DNA of 64,000 nucleotides from a bacterium (GCA_030622545.1 JAUXGA010000012.1:29140-93139); one strand, 5' to 3'. Counted from the stretch's first letter, positions 11,501 to 21,361 are shown. A program made the numbers and translations. The notes: generated from the letters alone by a model not told the origin.

Positions 11501-12025
11501 ATTCCAGCTTCCCGACCAACCCGGATCAAATTCGTCCCGCTGCCAACCCAGATCGCGTGGATCGATGTACATTTTATCAGGCCAAAAATCCGGCCATGTA
11601 TCCGGTTGGTTACTCACCGCGACTCGTCCGGGGTCTTCGCCAACAGGTTCTGCGGCGAATCCGGGCAGAGGTTCGAAGCCCCAGAAATTAATTCCCTGAC
11701 CGTCACCGTTACCGCGCGGACCGTCACTGGTGATAACCGAATGAAGCGTATCACCGCGCGGATGAACGAACTCCACGGCGACCAGCGGAGAAACATCGCC
11801 GACGTATTCGTTGCCTGTCCCGATAGGCCATTCTCCGGAAATCTCACCAATATCACCAACCAGACCGTAATTATAAAAAATCGTCCGCACTTTGTTGCCG
11901 CTCATGACATTCGAGTAACGGTAATTCCTGTCTCCTTTATAGTCACTGACTTGAGCGAAGAGACAAGGAGAAAGAAAGGTGACGATTAAAAGGGAGCCGA
12001 GGGCGATTTGCAGAAGACGACGCAT
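8570..12025 (-). CDS. Large secreted protein of unknown function (acidic DGxDNDGD Ca-binding-like repeats, FN3, variant CTD); TonB-receptor partner
   Basis: Signal peptide; DGIDNDGD, NGIDDNFNGLIDE, DSIDNDGD; CTD IRVYPNPY...GVYIYHIE...GKFALIK; overlaps the porV-like start. Confidence 0.75.
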   Translation of the reverse strand: MRRLLQIALGSLLIVTFLSPCLFAQVSDYKGDRNYRYSNVMSGNKVRTIFYNYGLVGDIGEISGEWPIGTGNEYVGDVSPLVAVEFVHPRGDTLHSVITSDGPRGNGDGQGINFWGFEPLPGFAAEPVGEDPGRVAVSNQPDTWPDFWPDKMYIDPRDLGWQRDEFDPGWSGSWNGYFGKDQFSADQEAYFQMDDNADEEWFERIDTAGVHYFFYPDSTDSTRRGCGLRVLVRALQWSHFLAEDCIFWLYEITNVGTTPFDKVAFGMVVGTLSGGRQDSRDDLAWFDTQSDITYSWDSDDVGSPGWVCGDLQCVGYAGYAFLESPGNPFDGIDNDGDSPDPSSPVLTSNVLYEMIQPMAFQPGDDLILIDYNTYERQNTTFPDPGPLVYYVRDQQHRLHAGEPVVENPRNGIDDNFNGLIDERMPDHEDLKYVDYFTGRGLSDLMIDEARDDSIDNDGDWDPFTDDVGADGARLTGDEGEGDGIPTPGEPHFDRTDVDESDQIGLSSFEYFSPPGAVRMNDDDGLWERMKPGRFDEVSPTPEDGDFVYGSGYFPLIPGQTERFSMALLFGEDFSDIIDNKATVQQIYNENYNFARPPDKATIRAVPGDGRVTLYWDNIAEDSYDPTTGFDFEGYKIYRATDPGFNEVFTITDGRGRKIFSRPIAQFDLNNGNAGFFPTAINGASFYLGDDSGIRHVWTDTTAENGQTYYYAVCAYDHGDVEKNIFPAETSKYILLDEGGNLTTDVNTIQITPRAPAAGYTHPEIERVRHITGRSLGSIYVEVFDPREIKDGHEYAVTFDDSGAGAYGYNVIDLSGTPEPDTVLWHEPFVDGPIDDWIFDTFAPYYDSLFGYPPGIYSVEQHFRIQESALFHGQRLYFLTPRQTISVPELSGWVDTSAAAERLLDFTFRVANYPDVFLQGIPWVADYEIIFSDQVIDTAKYFNWYDLFVLPEVPTYFTVRNLNRDERVAFAFQEKDSTRNGRVEYPEVILIFEEDTVLTWAAAFLADEEHDLNPRSGDTLRVFLYQPFTAADRYGYTTSGAKITDAAVQLDRIRVYPNPYLATSTQEPANPYSSGRGPRNVTFIHLPKDCTIRIYTVRGDLVRTIQHNVTIDEGTEQWDLRSKDGLDVAYGVYIYHIESPWGETVGKFALIK

Positions 12026-12065
12026 AGTATCAACTTTTTATTTGCTGAAAATGTTTGCTGTTTGA

Positions 12066-12092
12066 CCGCGACCGGAGGTCGCGGGTAGTAAA
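12066..12092. repeat. 27-bp palindromic repeat (copy 2)
   Basis: Identical to 1396-1422; the core also occurs inverted at 55251-55268. Confidence 0.8.
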
Positions 12093-12178
12093 ACAATCGC
12101 CGCGAGTGGGTGCCGTTTACCCCTCGCGCTTAATCCGCCGTGGTGGGTGTGTCACCCGCCCGGAATGGAAAGATTAAA

Positions 12179-14896
12179 TTAAAATTCAAACGAAAGACCC
12201 ACGCGCACTTGCCGCGGGCGGGAATACCAGTCGGGACGTGTCCAATATTCATCATGCGTGTTTATCTCGGGGATATCATGCGCGATTAATTCTTCCTGCG
12301 AATACGTGGCGCGGCCGGTGTCCCGATAAACATTGTTTTCGCTTTTCGTATCGAACAGATTCAAGATACTGGTTTCCAAAGTCAGTTTCAAACCTTGTCG
12401 TCGCAAGGGGATGCTCTTGTACGCAGATAAATCCACATTCCAGAATGAGGGTTTTCGACCGTCATTCTCGAAGCCGGTGCGGATACCCTGATATTCGGGC
12501 GTGTAAGGAAGGCCGCTGCCGAGCTTGGTGATGACCGAGAAACCCCAGTTATCCATGACCGCATAGTTTAAAATAGCGTTAAGCGTATGACGGCGATCCC
12601 AGTTCAGCGGAACAAGCTGCTTCTCCGGTTCGCGGTTCCCTCTGCTGGCATTATAGGCGGCCTGCGGATCCGAAGCGTTTCCTTCCGCGACCTGATAGGT
12701 GTAATCGACAAATGCGGAGAAGTTGTTGGCGTAGTATTTATCCAGCGAAAGGGTAATGCCGCGCACCTGACCAAAATCACGGTTGACGTACTGGCTGTAT
12801 TTATAGCCTCCTTGGAGACCGTAAATTTTGTCTGATGATGTCAGGTCTCGAATATCGCGCGCGAAAACGTCCACCTGTACCGATACGTTCTCGACAATTT
12901 CCTGCTGCAATCCGAATTCATAGGTCACGGTTTTCTCAGGGTTCAAATCGGCGTTGCCGAAAAGATTGCCCGTGCGCGAGTCAAGCTCGAAATCGGAATT
13001 CGTATAAAGGTGTTCGTAACGAGGTCGCTGGAAGAAATGCCCATAAGCGAAATGCAGCACGCCGCGATCCGAAATAGGATAGGCAATCCCAACACGGGGA
13101 GAAATCTGGAATTTGGGATCCACATCTTCAAACCAGTACTCGAGTCTTTGTTCGATGGTCTGCTCGCGCGCTTCCGTACCAATAGGATCATAAGGATTCG
13201 GATCCAGCGGGTTTGACAATATCTTGCCGTCCGGATTAAAATAATCGAGACGCAGCCCGAAATTTACGATCAGTTCCGGCATCTCAATCTTGTCCTGCAG
13301 ATAGATAGCCGCTTCGACGGGATAGTGAGTGTAAACATCATGCGCCGGATCAGTCGTCGGAGGAATGGATGGATCGAAAATGAGGGGTGTGGGAATGCCT
13401 GCGAAAACCGCTTGGTCGAGCGGGTCAGCGTAAAAAACTCCGGTTACATCTTTATAATGAATCTTGTGATTCTTGAATTCGAGTCCTGCTTTCAAAAAGT
13501 GTATTTTGGTCGCCTGCCAGGAAAGATCACCGCTTACTTCGTAAGTATCTGTGAAGCGATAGAAATGCTGATGTTTGGTGCCGCCGAAATTCAATGTCCA
13601 GGCAGGATTAATATCTTCATAAAGCGGATGAACGTACCGCGAATCCAGCAGGTCTTCATAGACATAATGACGATAGGATGTAAAACTGTTCGCCAGATTG
13701 ATATTGTAGAACATCTGAGCCGAAAGAACGTGATTGAGCTGCAAAATTTGTGTACGGCCTTTTCGGTATCGCTTGTAATCTCCCTCGGGGACAAATTTCC
13801 ACGAATGATCATAGTCTTTATAGTAACGGTCATTGTAAATTGAGGTCAAACTGAGTTTCATCTTTGGCGTAATTCTGAAAGCTAATTTTCCCTGACCGTA
13901 AGTGCGTTCATCCGGATTCATGGGAACCATTTCATTATCACCGAATATAGGAACGATATCCAACCCTGCTGAATCCGTAAAAATGATCGGATGTTCGAGC
14001 GCCCAGCGATTCTGTCCGTAGAGCCAGCCGTCGTCATAATTGTAGCGGCCATTGATAAAGAACGTCAGGTTCTTCATTTGAGGAACCGGCCCGGACAGGG
14101 AAAATTCGTAGTCCTGAATTCCCGCCGGAGAAACATCATCAATATTCATAAAAACATCATCATGCGTGGACAGGTAATCGCCTGCATAGGAAGCAAGCTT
14201 CCCATGATAGTCCTCTCCGCCTTCGCGTGTGATGATGTTCACCACGCCTGACATCGCCTGGCCGTATTCGGCGTTAAACGTGCCGGAAATCACCTGCAGC
14301 TCCTGAATCGCGCTGCTGTTGACTTCCGTACCAAAACCGCCGTCGTAAACATCCGTGACGGAAATACCATCCACACGGTAAACCACTTCGCCCGAACGCC
14401 CGCCGCGGAAATGTCCATCCACAACGCCAGCTTGAATTTCGATGACTTGATTAATGTTCGTGATGGGCAGCGCTTCAATCTCAGAGGCTTCGATTGTTGA
14501 GGAGGCGAAGGTGCGGTCCATTACCACCGCGGGACGTTCCGCCACAACTTCGACTTGCTGGAGCTCCATCGTTGTTGGTCGCAGTTCGAAGCTGATGTTA
14601 GTGGTGAGGTCTGTTTTTACTTTGACTTTGGTCTGTCTCTCTGAAGCGTAGCCGATGTAGCTCGCGGTGACGGTATAGGTTCCGGGTGGGACATTGATAA
14701 TGAAAAAGTAGCCATCTATGTCCACAGACGCGCCCAGAGTCGTACCTTCGATGAGCACGTTTGCCCCAATCAGGGGTTCGTTATCGGCGGCGTCACGCAC
14801 ATGGCCTGTAATTTTTCCTGTAGTTCCGGCATGGAGTCCAATGGTAAAAAATATAATGAAAAAGGTTATAAAAACGATTCGTTGAAAGAGATTCAT
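12179..14896 (-). CDS. TonB-dependent receptor with N-terminal carboxypeptidase-regulatory-like domain
   Basis: GTTGKITGHVRD..EPLIGANV, HFRGGRSGEV, SGTFNAEYGQAMSGVVNI, C-terminal PRQVRVGLSFEF. Likely start ATG 14896 after GAGAGG. Confidence 0.9.
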   Translation of the reverse strand: MNLFQRIVFITFFIIFFTIGLHAGTTGKITGHVRDAADNEPLIGANVLIEGTTLGASVDIDGYFFIINVPPGTYTVTASYIGYASERQTKVKVKTDLTTNISFELRPTTMELQQVEVVAERPAVVMDRTFASSTIEASEIEALPITNINQVIEIQAGVVDGHFRGGRSGEVVYRVDGISVTDVYDGGFGTEVNSSAIQELQVISGTFNAEYGQAMSGVVNIITREGGEDYHGKLASYAGDYLSTHDDVFMNIDDVSPAGIQDYEFSLSGPVPQMKNLTFFINGRYNYDDGWLYGQNRWALEHPIIFTDSAGLDIVPIFGDNEMVPMNPDERTYGQGKLAFRITPKMKLSLTSIYNDRYYKDYDHSWKFVPEGDYKRYRKGRTQILQLNHVLSAQMFYNINLANSFTSYRHYVYEDLLDSRYVHPLYEDINPAWTLNFGGTKHQHFYRFTDTYEVSGDLSWQATKIHFLKAGLEFKNHKIHYKDVTGVFYADPLDQAVFAGIPTPLIFDPSIPPTTDPAHDVYTHYPVEAAIYLQDKIEMPELIVNFGLRLDYFNPDGKILSNPLDPNPYDPIGTEAREQTIEQRLEYWFEDVDPKFQISPRVGIAYPISDRGVLHFAYGHFFQRPRYEHLYTNSDFELDSRTGNLFGNADLNPEKTVTYEFGLQQEIVENVSVQVDVFARDIRDLTSSDKIYGLQGGYKYSQYVNRDFGQVRGITLSLDKYYANNFSAFVDYTYQVAEGNASDPQAAYNASRGNREPEKQLVPLNWDRRHTLNAILNYAVMDNWGFSVITKLGSGLPYTPEYQGIRTGFENDGRKPSFWNVDLSAYKSIPLRRQGLKLTLETSILNLFDTKSENNVYRDTGRATYSQEELIAHDIPEINTHDEYWTRPDWYSRPRQVRVGLSFEF

Positions 14897-14955
14897 ACGA
14901 CGCCTCTCGTGATGCAAAGAAACAGCAGGCTGTCCAATGTTTTGCCCAGTCTATA

Positions 14956-14984
14956 TTAATAAAAAATTTATAACATAAAGTCAA
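14956..14984 (-). promoter_or_regulatory. Putative sigma70 promoter for the TonB receptor operon
   Basis: TTGACT-17 bp-TATTAA on the minus strand in the AT-rich divergent region. Confidence 0.4.
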
Positions 14985-15132
14985 GAGGTTTTATTGATTT
15001 ATGATAAAAACTCCTAATACCTCATAATCCAAAGAAAGCAGCTTTTGGATAAACAGGGTCTATTTATCTTATTTACAGGTATTTGTTCAAGAACACGCGA
15101 TTCAACTTTTTTTGTGGGGCTACGTTTTTTTG

Positions 15133-15161
15133 TTGCGGAATAGAGGTAGATTTAGTATATT
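15133..15161 (+). promoter_or_regulatory. Putative sigma70 promoter
   Basis: TTGCGG-17 bp-TATATT upstream of 15202. Confidence 0.4.
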
Positions 15162-15201
15162 TCAAAAACTAAAGTAGAATTGAGTTTTTTCTTGAGATGA
15201 A

Positions 15202-18200
15202 ATGGGTATTCCGATGATTAGGAAAGTTTGTTTTTCTTTGATTTTGTTGATGTTAGTTTCTTCGGTAGCTTTTGCGGAAGTGCTGTACATGCGTGGAGAA
15301 GCTCGCGATTGGCCTAAAAGCTCGTTTGTAGGTCGTGATGACGCTGGCGATGCAACGGAACCAGGCCTCGATTTATGTAATTTCTTTTTCGTTGATGCGG
15401 GTAATAGCCTCTTTCTTCGCTTTACAACGGTAGCGCCACTGACGAATGGCGCATCTTATTCGATTGAAATTCGCCAGAAAGGCGCACGGGATCGGCTGGA
15501 CGTTGTTCCCGAATTGCCAGGACTTCGGGCGAATCAGACACGAACGATGGTCGAAATTGCCCTGCCTCGCCCTCAAGGTTTCTCCGGAATTCAAGAAGCA
15601 ACCGTACGAGTTTTCGATGCAGATGGAATCCTTGCCGATGAGCTGATTTCGGACGGCGAAATTCTGGGCACGACCGGAAACTGTGCGTTTGCACATCATG
15701 GAAATCAAGGACTTACGTGGACAAATGTCTTCCGGGGCGATGACGAAACGAACGGGTATGACGAGGTTCTGGAAGTTCACCAGAATCGTGGCGTGCCGGG
15801 GAATTTCCACATGAGCGGGACGCTGATAACCGCCGCCGAATGGCACGACCGCGGTTTCAACGATTGGCTGCGGCAGGGCGTGAATAGCGGCTGGGTTTGC
15901 ATGATGGGTTCGGCTTTCGGGCAGCACATTATGCCGTTTGTTCAGCATGATATGAATGAATGGGCGGTGAGCACGGAAGATGCGATGGTCTATGCGAAAT
16001 ATAGCAATTTTGAAGCAAAGGTCGCGTGGATTCCAGAACGTGTCTGGTGCTCGCAGGGAATCTATCCGGACAACGGGATTCCTTCTCCGTGGCATGGCGA
16101 CTCGTGGCTCGGAGATAACTGGGAGCAGCACGGGATTGAAGCGATTTTGCTCGATGACTGGCCTCATCTGAACGGCTACTCGGATCGTAAAATTCACTGG
16201 GTGTCTAACTTAGCCGGAGTTACCTTGCGCGCGATTCCTATTGATGGTGATTTTACGGGCAATTGTCAATGGAATTCTGCGGCAGCAATCTCGCAGATTA
16301 TGGGAACCGGTCAATACGGGATTGTTGTCTATGGGACGGACTGGGAAGCCGCGGCGGCGCTGTCGGACTGGTGTACGGAAGACTGCCTGATAAACTATAA
16401 AGCGGTGGTCAATTGGTGTGGCGACAACTATCCCGCAGTAGAGGCATGGCGTCTCGATGTCGCTCTCACAAACTCGGATTTCAACGGTGATCTATCTGCT
16501 GCAATAACGTCGGGAACCTATGGAACGATTGGCGGGACGGATGGTTATGGCGGTTCGAACAATTCTTGGTACACCAATTGGCATGACGAAGGTTCGCATT
16601 CGGATCATCATACGCCGCAGTGGACGTACGGCGATGTCTGGTGGGATGCCTATAATAACTTGCTGGCCGCGCCCGATAACGACCTTCGGGAAACCGGCTG
16701 GTATGTGATGATGACGAACTTACATGAAACCGGCTGGCATGATTATATGGGTGGCCCGATATCAGGCTGGGAACATCGGTACAGCGCCCATATCAAGAAC
16801 GCGAATGTTTACACCGAAGCGGCACACTGGGCGAATGATGAATATGCCATCACGACGAACGCATACTTTTCGGATATTGACCGCGACGGCTGCAACGAGC
16901 TGTGTATTCACAACGACCGCGTCTTTGCGGTATTCGACAGCATCGGCGGGAGGGCGATATGGGTTTTTGCGAAAGGTCCCGGCGGCCATTTCTCGATTGT
17001 GGGGAATTGCAATGTCTATTGGACGGAAACGGAAGGTGACTGGGATGAACCCAGCTCGAATAATCATCAAGCCGCATTAGCGGATGTGTCTCCACACTAC
17101 CGCCACAACACGTACGATATGTATGTTGAATCTGTCACAGGCACCACCGCGGAAATCCGCATGGTGTACAACGATGTAACGAAATATGTTTCTTTAACAA
17201 CGGGTGAAGCGTATCTGGATTGCCGCTATGATGTCGGACTTCAGAATTGCTATCTGCGAAGCGGTTTCAGCCCGGATTTGCTGGACTTAACCTGGAATGC
17301 GGATATGGAGCGCATTTATGATCCGGAAGTCGCTTATGTCGGCTATCGAAATCCGAATACGGGCGCGACAGGATTGTATATCATCGGCAACGGCGGGGCA
17401 AACTGGAACTCGGGCGGCGTTTTTACGGCGACGCTTTTAGGTGGGGACGAGTTGGTGGGTTATCGTCAGTTTGGTTTCCTCCTCTACGCAGGTGAAACGA
17501 CAGACCCGGTCGACGGGGAAATTGCTGAGATTGAAATCTTGGCGGCTCAGAATATGGACTATTATGACCCGTGTGTGGTGAGTCCTGCGATTTTTGAAAG
17601 CGACAATCAGGTCAAGGTGCGTTTTTCGGAAGCGGCGGAGCAAACCACGGCGGAGAATATCAGCAACTATGCTTTCAGTGGTTTTGCAACGACCTATACC
17701 ATCGTCAGCGCGGTGCGTCAATCTGACTGGAGCAAAGTTGTGCTCACGGTTACGCCGGATTTCGTTCCCGGTGAAAGTGGGACCATCACCGTTTTGAATG
17801 TCGAAGATTTGAACGGGAATGTTATTGCTTCGGAATGTGATGACGCATCTTTCTCGATTCCATCAGGTTTCACGCCGCACACGATTATTATCGACGGTGA
17901 TTTGGACTTCGACCGCGAGAACGAATTCCTGACATCCGTGGGAGCCGAATCGCTGTTCTTCACCTGGGATAATGATTATCTCTATGTGGGTGTCAAAGAT
18001 AAGGATTTAAGCTTGGGCGATCTGTTCGTCAGCTTAGACATCAATTCCGGCACAACTTCAGGAGCAGATACGGGCTGCTGGTATCGTGTCTTATATACAG
18101 GTACTTTCCGGCCGGAGTATATGGTTGCCATCGAGGGCGGTCCGGATAACATGCAGATTAATCACTGGAACGGCAGCAGTTGGGATTACCTGCACCATGG

Positions 18201-18693
18201 ACAGCATGGCGGCTCAAGTTATAACGGCTGGTCAGGGAATCCATACACGGAGATGAGCATTCCGTGGAGTGACATCGGCAGCCCAACATCGCTGGCTCTG
18301 GCAGTTCATCTTTCGGAAGAAGATACTGAGGTAACGACGACGGTCTGGCCGCCGTATGGAAACACCACTGGAGATCATATCACGATAGCAAATTTCTATC
18401 GGCTTTTCGAACCCTACATTTCAGGGCCGATGCCTCTGATGGGTTATCAGCCCAAGAATACGCCGGATCGTGAACTACCGGGTGATGTCCTCGATATCGT
18501 CATTCATACACAAGGAAACGACCTTATCTTGAATTGGTCACCGGCGGCGAATGCGGATGCGTACATTATTTATCGAGCAATGACGCCTTTTGGCACGTTC
18601 GATTCTCTCAGCACTGTAACGGATACGACGTACACGGATATCGGCGCCTTGATTATGGACAAATATTTCTATCGTGTCAACTCGTCCAATTAG
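15202..18693 (+). CDS. Secreted GH57-like glycoside hydrolase with Ig-like modules and a C-terminal FN3-like domain
   Basis: GH57-like motifs FAHHGNQ, HMSGTL, SAFGQHIMP, WIPERVW (nucleophile-like), YGTDWE (acid/base-like). Confidence 0.65.
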   Translation: MGIPMIRKVCFSLILLMLVSSVAFAEVLYMRGEARDWPKSSFVGRDDAGDATEPGLDLCNFFFVDAGNSLFLRFTTVAPLTNGASYSIEIRQKGARDRLDVVPELPGLRANQTRTMVEIALPRPQGFSGIQEATVRVFDADGILADELISDGEILGTTGNCAFAHHGNQGLTWTNVFRGDDETNGYDEVLEVHQNRGVPGNFHMSGTLITAAEWHDRGFNDWLRQGVNSGWVCMMGSAFGQHIMPFVQHDMNEWAVSTEDAMVYAKYSNFEAKVAWIPERVWCSQGIYPDNGIPSPWHGDSWLGDNWEQHGIEAILLDDWPHLNGYSDRKIHWVSNLAGVTLRAIPIDGDFTGNCQWNSAAAISQIMGTGQYGIVVYGTDWEAAAALSDWCTEDCLINYKAVVNWCGDNYPAVEAWRLDVALTNSDFNGDLSAAITSGTYGTIGGTDGYGGSNNSWYTNWHDEGSHSDHHTPQWTYGDVWWDAYNNLLAAPDNDLRETGWYVMMTNLHETGWHDYMGGPISGWEHRYSAHIKNANVYTEAAHWANDEYAITTNAYFSDIDRDGCNELCIHNDRVFAVFDSIGGRAIWVFAKGPGGHFSIVGNCNVYWTETEGDWDEPSSNNHQAALADVSPHYRHNTYDMYVESVTGTTAEIRMVYNDVTKYVSLTTGEAYLDCRYDVGLQNCYLRSGFSPDLLDLTWNADMERIYDPEVAYVGYRNPNTGATGLYIIGNGGANWNSGGVFTATLLGGDELVGYRQFGFLLYAGETTDPVDGEIAEIEILAAQNMDYYDPCVVSPAIFESDNQVKVRFSEAAEQTTAENISNYAFSGFATTYTIVSAVRQSDWSKVVLTVTPDFVPGESGTITVLNVEDLNGNVIASECDDASFSIPSGFTPHTIIIDGDLDFDRENEFLTSVGAESLFFTWDNDYLYVGVKDKDLSLGDLFVSLDINSGTTSGADTGCWYRVLYTGTFRPEYMVAIEGGPDNMQINHWNGSSWDYLHHGQHGGSSYNGWSGNPYTEMSIPWSDIGSPTSLALAVHLSEEDTEVTTTVWPPYGNTTGDHITIANFYRLFEPYISGPMPLMGYQPKNTPDRELPGDVLDIVIHTQGNDLILNWSPAANADAYIIYRAMTPFGTFDSLSTVTDTTYTDIGALIMDKYFYRVNSSN

Positions 18694-18766
18694 CAAGCAG
18701 AACATCAAGATGGAAGAACCTCTTAAATAGTCTGGATGTGTTTTGGTTAATAAAAAGGAGAAAAAA

Positions 18767-21361
18767 ATGAAAATGCGAAACATCGTTTTAATGGGATTGA
18801 TGGCTTTGTTGGCTTCAGCCTTTGTGGCCTATGGCGTTCCAAGTTTTACGCCGGTAGTTGACGGCGTCAAAGACCTCGGTTGGGGCACTGTGCCTGACCA
18901 TGACACGAATACGGACAAGGAGCCGCTGGCATTCAATGTGGACAGTTGTTATGTGACCGACGATTCCGCCAATGTCTATATTGGAATGGCGACGGATCCG
19001 GACCCCTGGGGCGACGGCAATTCAGTTGTTTTTCACGTGATGATTGACATTCGCAAATCGGCGAGCGGCGGCACGTTTGACCCGTACACGCCGGACTCGG
19101 TCCGCTATGATATGTCCTATTTGCCGGAATACGAAATTGTCGGCGAGTGGTCCACAGATGATCAGAACATGGGCTGGGTGAGTAAATGCACTTGGCAGCC
19201 AGGCACGTCCGACTGGGCCCATGAAGAGTACAATAATACCCCCGGCAAGGTTGAAGGTGGTGGCGGCCAATTTACGGAAATTCTGCTGGCGCGCAATGAA
19301 TTTGACGGATTGGCGCAGGAGGACACCATTAACATCAGCATTTGGTGCAAACCTGCTCACTGGTATGAAGGCGGGAAGCCCAACGCCAACTCCTGTTTGC
19401 CCGAGGACACCGATTTCCCGACGGACTGGGGCGATTGCACGACTCCGCAGTACTTCTCAACTCAGTTTTTCTATGTGATTCAGACCGTGCTTGTGGATGA
19501 GATTCCGCCTCAGGTTGTGAGTGCATCGCAGGCCGGGCCAGACAAAGTTATCGTGGAGTTTGATGAGTACATGGACGAGACAACGCTCGTCTTCGGCAAC
19601 TTCACGATTGATGGCGGACTTTCTTTTAATGCATCACAGGTTCTTTCACCGACCTCCGTGCTCTTGACGGCCAATGGGAACTTCGCAGTTCAGCAGTACA
19701 CAGTGACGGCCGATGCGAATGTCAAGGATTTGGCAGGGAATTCTGTGGATCCACTCAACAACAGTGCAAGCTTTAATGCCATACTTTATGCTCTGATTAC
19801 GTTCGTCTATGTGGACCAGAACGAAGACCTGACCGACCTCTATTGCAAAGGGAGCTTCGACAACTACGGCAACTACGATCCATCCTGGGGTGTAACGCCC
19901 TTCCAGATGTATGACGATGGAATCGGTGGTAGCGATACGACCGCAAGTGACGGCCGATGGACAGCGCAGTTCTACCTGAAGCCATCAGTGAGCGACACCT
20001 TCGTATGGGGTGCGACGGAAGGTCTTGGCGGCGACTGGGCGATGGATTGCGGCGATATCAAATTCCAAGTTTTGGACGTCACACCTGGACAGGTGCAGAT
20101 TTACACCGTCGGGGTTTACGCTCCAGTGACGTTCCGGATTGATGACAGCGCAGAGGGAACGCTAACGGAATGCTGGCTCAAGGGAACGTTCAACAGTATC
20201 GGGCGCTATGAAGGCGCTTGGAGTGACTTCCTGCAGATGTATGACGACGGCGCTCATGACGATATGGATCCCGGCGATAATATCTGGGGTCTCGTTGTGA
20301 ATCTGGTTCCCGATGATTATTGCCACGATTCCACGTGGGAATGGGGAGCCGCCGACGCTTATAACGGCACTTGGCTGATTGATGGGCCCAACCGTCAGTT
20401 CGCTGTCCCGACATCGGATCCTCGTATCGAGACCTATGTGATTGTCCCGACGACTTCGCAGGCCGTTACGGTCACGTTCAATGTGGACTGTCAGTATCTG
20501 CTTAAAGTGGCTGATGTTGACTCGATGGCTGTGGCCGGATATTTCAACGGTTGGGACAACACCGCCAACATCATGTCCGATCTGGACAACGATAGCGTCT
20601 ATACGGAGGATGTTCTCTTCGACTCTGGCTCTGTCAAGTATCACGAGTTCAAATTCGTGCGCTGGTATGACGGAACTCCGGAATTGGAATGGATTGACAA
20701 CCGTGTCTTCTATATCGACGATTCCGGTCCGACACAAACCGTTGATTGCATCTGGAATGACTGGATTCCGGCACCGCCTCCACCGGATGTGGATGAACTT
20801 ACCGCATGTACATTTGTTTCTGCGGATGAGTCGGAAGGAATCATGCTGCACTGGATACCCGTCGGCACACCTCAGGATACTCAGTGGTATAATGTGTACC
20901 AGGATACTGCTGGTATTGAACCGGATGAACACATTGCCTCGGTGTCGTGGGCGGTAGCCGATGGCGATCCTCAACTGTTCGTCGGCGTCATGAGTACGGT
21001 CGATTTTCGTGCCTACGATGCCACAGGCACCAACGAAGAACCACCGAATATAGCGGGAATCTTTGAATTTAACTACCCCATTCCTCCCGTCGTGCAGGAC
21101 ACCGTGACTGCCAGCGCTGGACAGGGCATTGGTTATAAGTTCGTAAAATATGAGATCGAACCAGACAAATATGTTGTCGTGTATGGTCCCGACATCTTCA
21201 AATGCGACAACCAATACCAGTATCTCATCAATGGGCACCCGGAGCAAGTGTGGTACCTCAAAGATGACGTCGCGCCCGGACATTACGTCTTCACCGTTAA
21301 TTTCCATAACGCAGACGGCACGATTCAGAGATCAGAAACCGTCGTCGTTACGGTTGTGTAG
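18767..21361 (+). CDS. Secreted multimodular, apparently non-catalytic carbohydrate-binding protein (Ig-like, 2x MYDDG repeats, CBM20-like, FN3-like)
   Basis: Signal peptide after AAGGAG; DEIPPQVVSA..VEFDE..VKDLAGN Ig-like fold; duplicated KG(S/T)F..G.Y...W...QMYDDG; VTFNVD..AGYFNGW..EFKFV. Confidence 0.65.
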   Translation: MKMRNIVLMGLMALLASAFVAYGVPSFTPVVDGVKDLGWGTVPDHDTNTDKEPLAFNVDSCYVTDDSANVYIGMATDPDPWGDGNSVVFHVMIDIRKSASGGTFDPYTPDSVRYDMSYLPEYEIVGEWSTDDQNMGWVSKCTWQPGTSDWAHEEYNNTPGKVEGGGGQFTEILLARNEFDGLAQEDTINISIWCKPAHWYEGGKPNANSCLPEDTDFPTDWGDCTTPQYFSTQFFYVIQTVLVDEIPPQVVSASQAGPDKVIVEFDEYMDETTLVFGNFTIDGGLSFNASQVLSPTSVLLTANGNFAVQQYTVTADANVKDLAGNSVDPLNNSASFNAILYALITFVYVDQNEDLTDLYCKGSFDNYGNYDPSWGVTPFQMYDDGIGGSDTTASDGRWTAQFYLKPSVSDTFVWGATEGLGGDWAMDCGDIKFQVLDVTPGQVQIYTVGVYAPVTFRIDDSAEGTLTECWLKGTFNSIGRYEGAWSDFLQMYDDGAHDDMDPGDNIWGLVVNLVPDDYCHDSTWEWGAADAYNGTWLIDGPNRQFAVPTSDPRIETYVIVPTTSQAVTVTFNVDCQYLLKVADVDSMAVAGYFNGWDNTANIMSDLDNDSVYTEDVLFDSGSVKYHEFKFVRWYDGTPELEWIDNRVFYIDDSGPTQTVDCIWNDWIPAPPPPDVDELTACTFVSADESEGIMLHWIPVGTPQDTQWYNVYQDTAGIEPDEHIASVSWAVADGDPQLFVGVMSTVDFRAYDATGTNEEPPNIAGIFEFNYPIPPVVQDTVTASAGQGIGYKFVKYEIEPDKYVVVYGPDIFKCDNQYQYLINGHPEQVWYLKDDVAPGHYVFTVNFHNADGTIQRSETVVVTVV

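Noticed and set aside
14918..15201. LacI-type operator in the divergent promoter region
   Set aside because: No convincing palindromic AAnCGnTT-type site and no regulator gene in the window
20162..21307. 381-aa minus-strand ORF
   Set aside because: Antisense shadow of the 18767-21361 gene; no recognisable features
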